The position numbers were made by a program, and so were the translations under genes. Positions 62,634 to 64,000 of a DNA stretch of 64,000 bases are shown here, one piece after another. Positions within the stretch are counted from its first letter, which is position 1; each line of letters begins with the position of its first letter. The notes under the pieces are model-generated. The model saw only the letters and a list, made by a program, of their open reading frames with translations. It did not search any database and had not been told where the DNA came from. Location of the stretch: positions 1,658,816 through 1,722,815 of the forward strand of contig MU004191.1 in the NCBI GenBank assembly GCA_010093605.1. Direction: 5' to 3'. This DNA is from Lophium mytilinum. Taxonomy: Eukaryota.

Positions 62634-64000
62634 ATGAGCTCGATGGCTGTATTTCTGTGGCGTGTGAGCAAAAGGCTAATTGAGGTTTAGGACGAGTCTT
62701 ACCTCGAGTACGACTTCGATGCAGATGATGCCTCATTCACGTCGTAAGTGCTCTCATATACATCCCAAGCGCTATCAGAGCTCCAGGCTGAACTGCAAGA
62801 GGGGGCGAACGTTGGCGACGACCATCACGCAGTATCGTTATGAAAATGGGCGGCGGTATCATGCTTTCCGTGAGTTCGACTCCTCCCGCTTGTCCGTTTG
62901 GTCGAGACAATAAGAGTGCTGATCCGTGAACAGGAGACGGAGAGTACTATCAGCCGAACGACGAGAAGCAGTATGATTATGAGATGATTGTGTAAGTGTC
63001 CCTGTTGGAATATGAGTTATGAGTGGCAACTGATTTGGAAGTGGACAGGCATCACCTCTGGCTTCTGTCACTCGACGACAAGCTCTTCTCCGCGCCTCTG
63101 AATAATCCGCAAAAGATTCTCGATGTCGGGACTGGGACGGGCGTTTGGGCAGTGTATGTGCCCTATCAAGCCCCAAGATATCTGCCTCACTCAATTAACA
63201 ACCAATTCAATCAGTGATATAGCGGATATATTCCCAGATGCCGAAATCATAGGTACGCCATTCCCACAATCTTCTCAACGACATCCAGACAGAATACTTT
63301 ATGCTGATGGATTACATTCAGGCACCGACCTCTCCCCAACCCAAACCGCCATGGCCCCGCCAAACATCCGATTCGAAATCGACGACTGCAACAGCGAATG
63401 GGTGTATCCCGAGGACAGCTTCGACTTCGTGCACATGCGCAGCTTGTCTGGTTGCGTGTCTGATTGGCCGGCGTTGTACAGACAGTGCTTCAAGTACGTT
63501 TTCCCCTCTCTCATCATGCCAAAGCTCGTAATTCTCCAAAAGCTCAGAAAGTCAACCTATTGACATGCACGCAGGCACATCCAACCCGGCGGCTACCTCC
63601 AACACTGCGAATTCAGCGTCAGAGTCATCAACAACGAACCCGGCCCCCAGACCGCCCGCGCAGAGGAGATGTATAAGATGTATACCGATCTGGTATTACA
63701 GACTGGGGATATGATTGGCAAATCCTTCTCGGTGGATCAGAACATGCCTGAGCTGATCAAAGAAGCCGGTACGGCACCCTCTCACCTAAGAAAACCGCGA
63801 TGTAGGCTAACACACACAACCCCCAGGGTTCGTCGACATAGTCGACAGCAAGCCCATCTGGCCCATCGGCCCCTGGAGCTCCGACGAGCGGCTGAAGGAG
63901 GTCGGAAAGTGGAATCAGCGGAGCTGGTTGGATGGGTTGGAAAGCTGGGTGTTGGCCCTCTTCACCCGACAATTAGGAGTACGTTCCATCTGCTTCCCTT
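62634..64000 (+). CDS. SAM-dependent methyltransferase (LaeA-like/Methyltransf_23 type), many short exons, truncated at the window end
   Basis: YRYENGRRYHAF, YYQPNDEKQ, ILDVGTGTGVWA, GTDLSP, SFDFVHMR, PIGPW. Start codon (62634 or 62643) and the first junctions are uncertain. Confidence 0.88.

Noticed and set aside
42172..64000. Secondary-metabolite gene cluster (tyrosinase, methyltransferase, ABC transporter)
   Set aside because: No backbone enzyme or repetitive precursor peptide is seen, and the genes are interspersed with housekeeping genes (RPS21, RTC1).

Overview
Eukaryotic, intron-rich genomic DNA from a filamentous ascomycete (Pezizomycotina; Dothideomycete-like by inference). Introns are short GT-AG with CTRAC branch points. 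About 19 protein-coding genes are supported: GH125 glycosidase (truncated at the window start), CFA-synthase-like methyltransferase, four lineage-specific genes at 5-11.7 kb (F-box-like, Cys/His-rich orphan, APH-like kinase, SprT-like HEXXH protein), MFS transporter, small NIF3/PII-like protein, hybrid histidine kinase, large disordered PAM2-motif protein, XLF, cactin, forkhead TF, Pth11-like membrane protein, secreted tyrosinase-like protein, a hypothetical protein, RPS21, RTC1/SEA2, HMT1-type ABC half-transporter and a SAM methyltransferase (truncated at the window end). The most interesting signals lie in the gene-free gap at 35.1-42.1 kb. It holds two related miniature inverted-repeat elements with perfect TIRs, 5-bp target-site duplications and an RSS-nonamer-like ACAAAAA core. 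It also holds a telomerase-RNA candidate: a CTAACCCTAAC template-like motif, an adjacent possible long-range helix and many hairpins. A compact structured ncRNA candidate lies at about 51.25-51.44 kb. All family assignments come from motif recognition by eye; no database searches were run.
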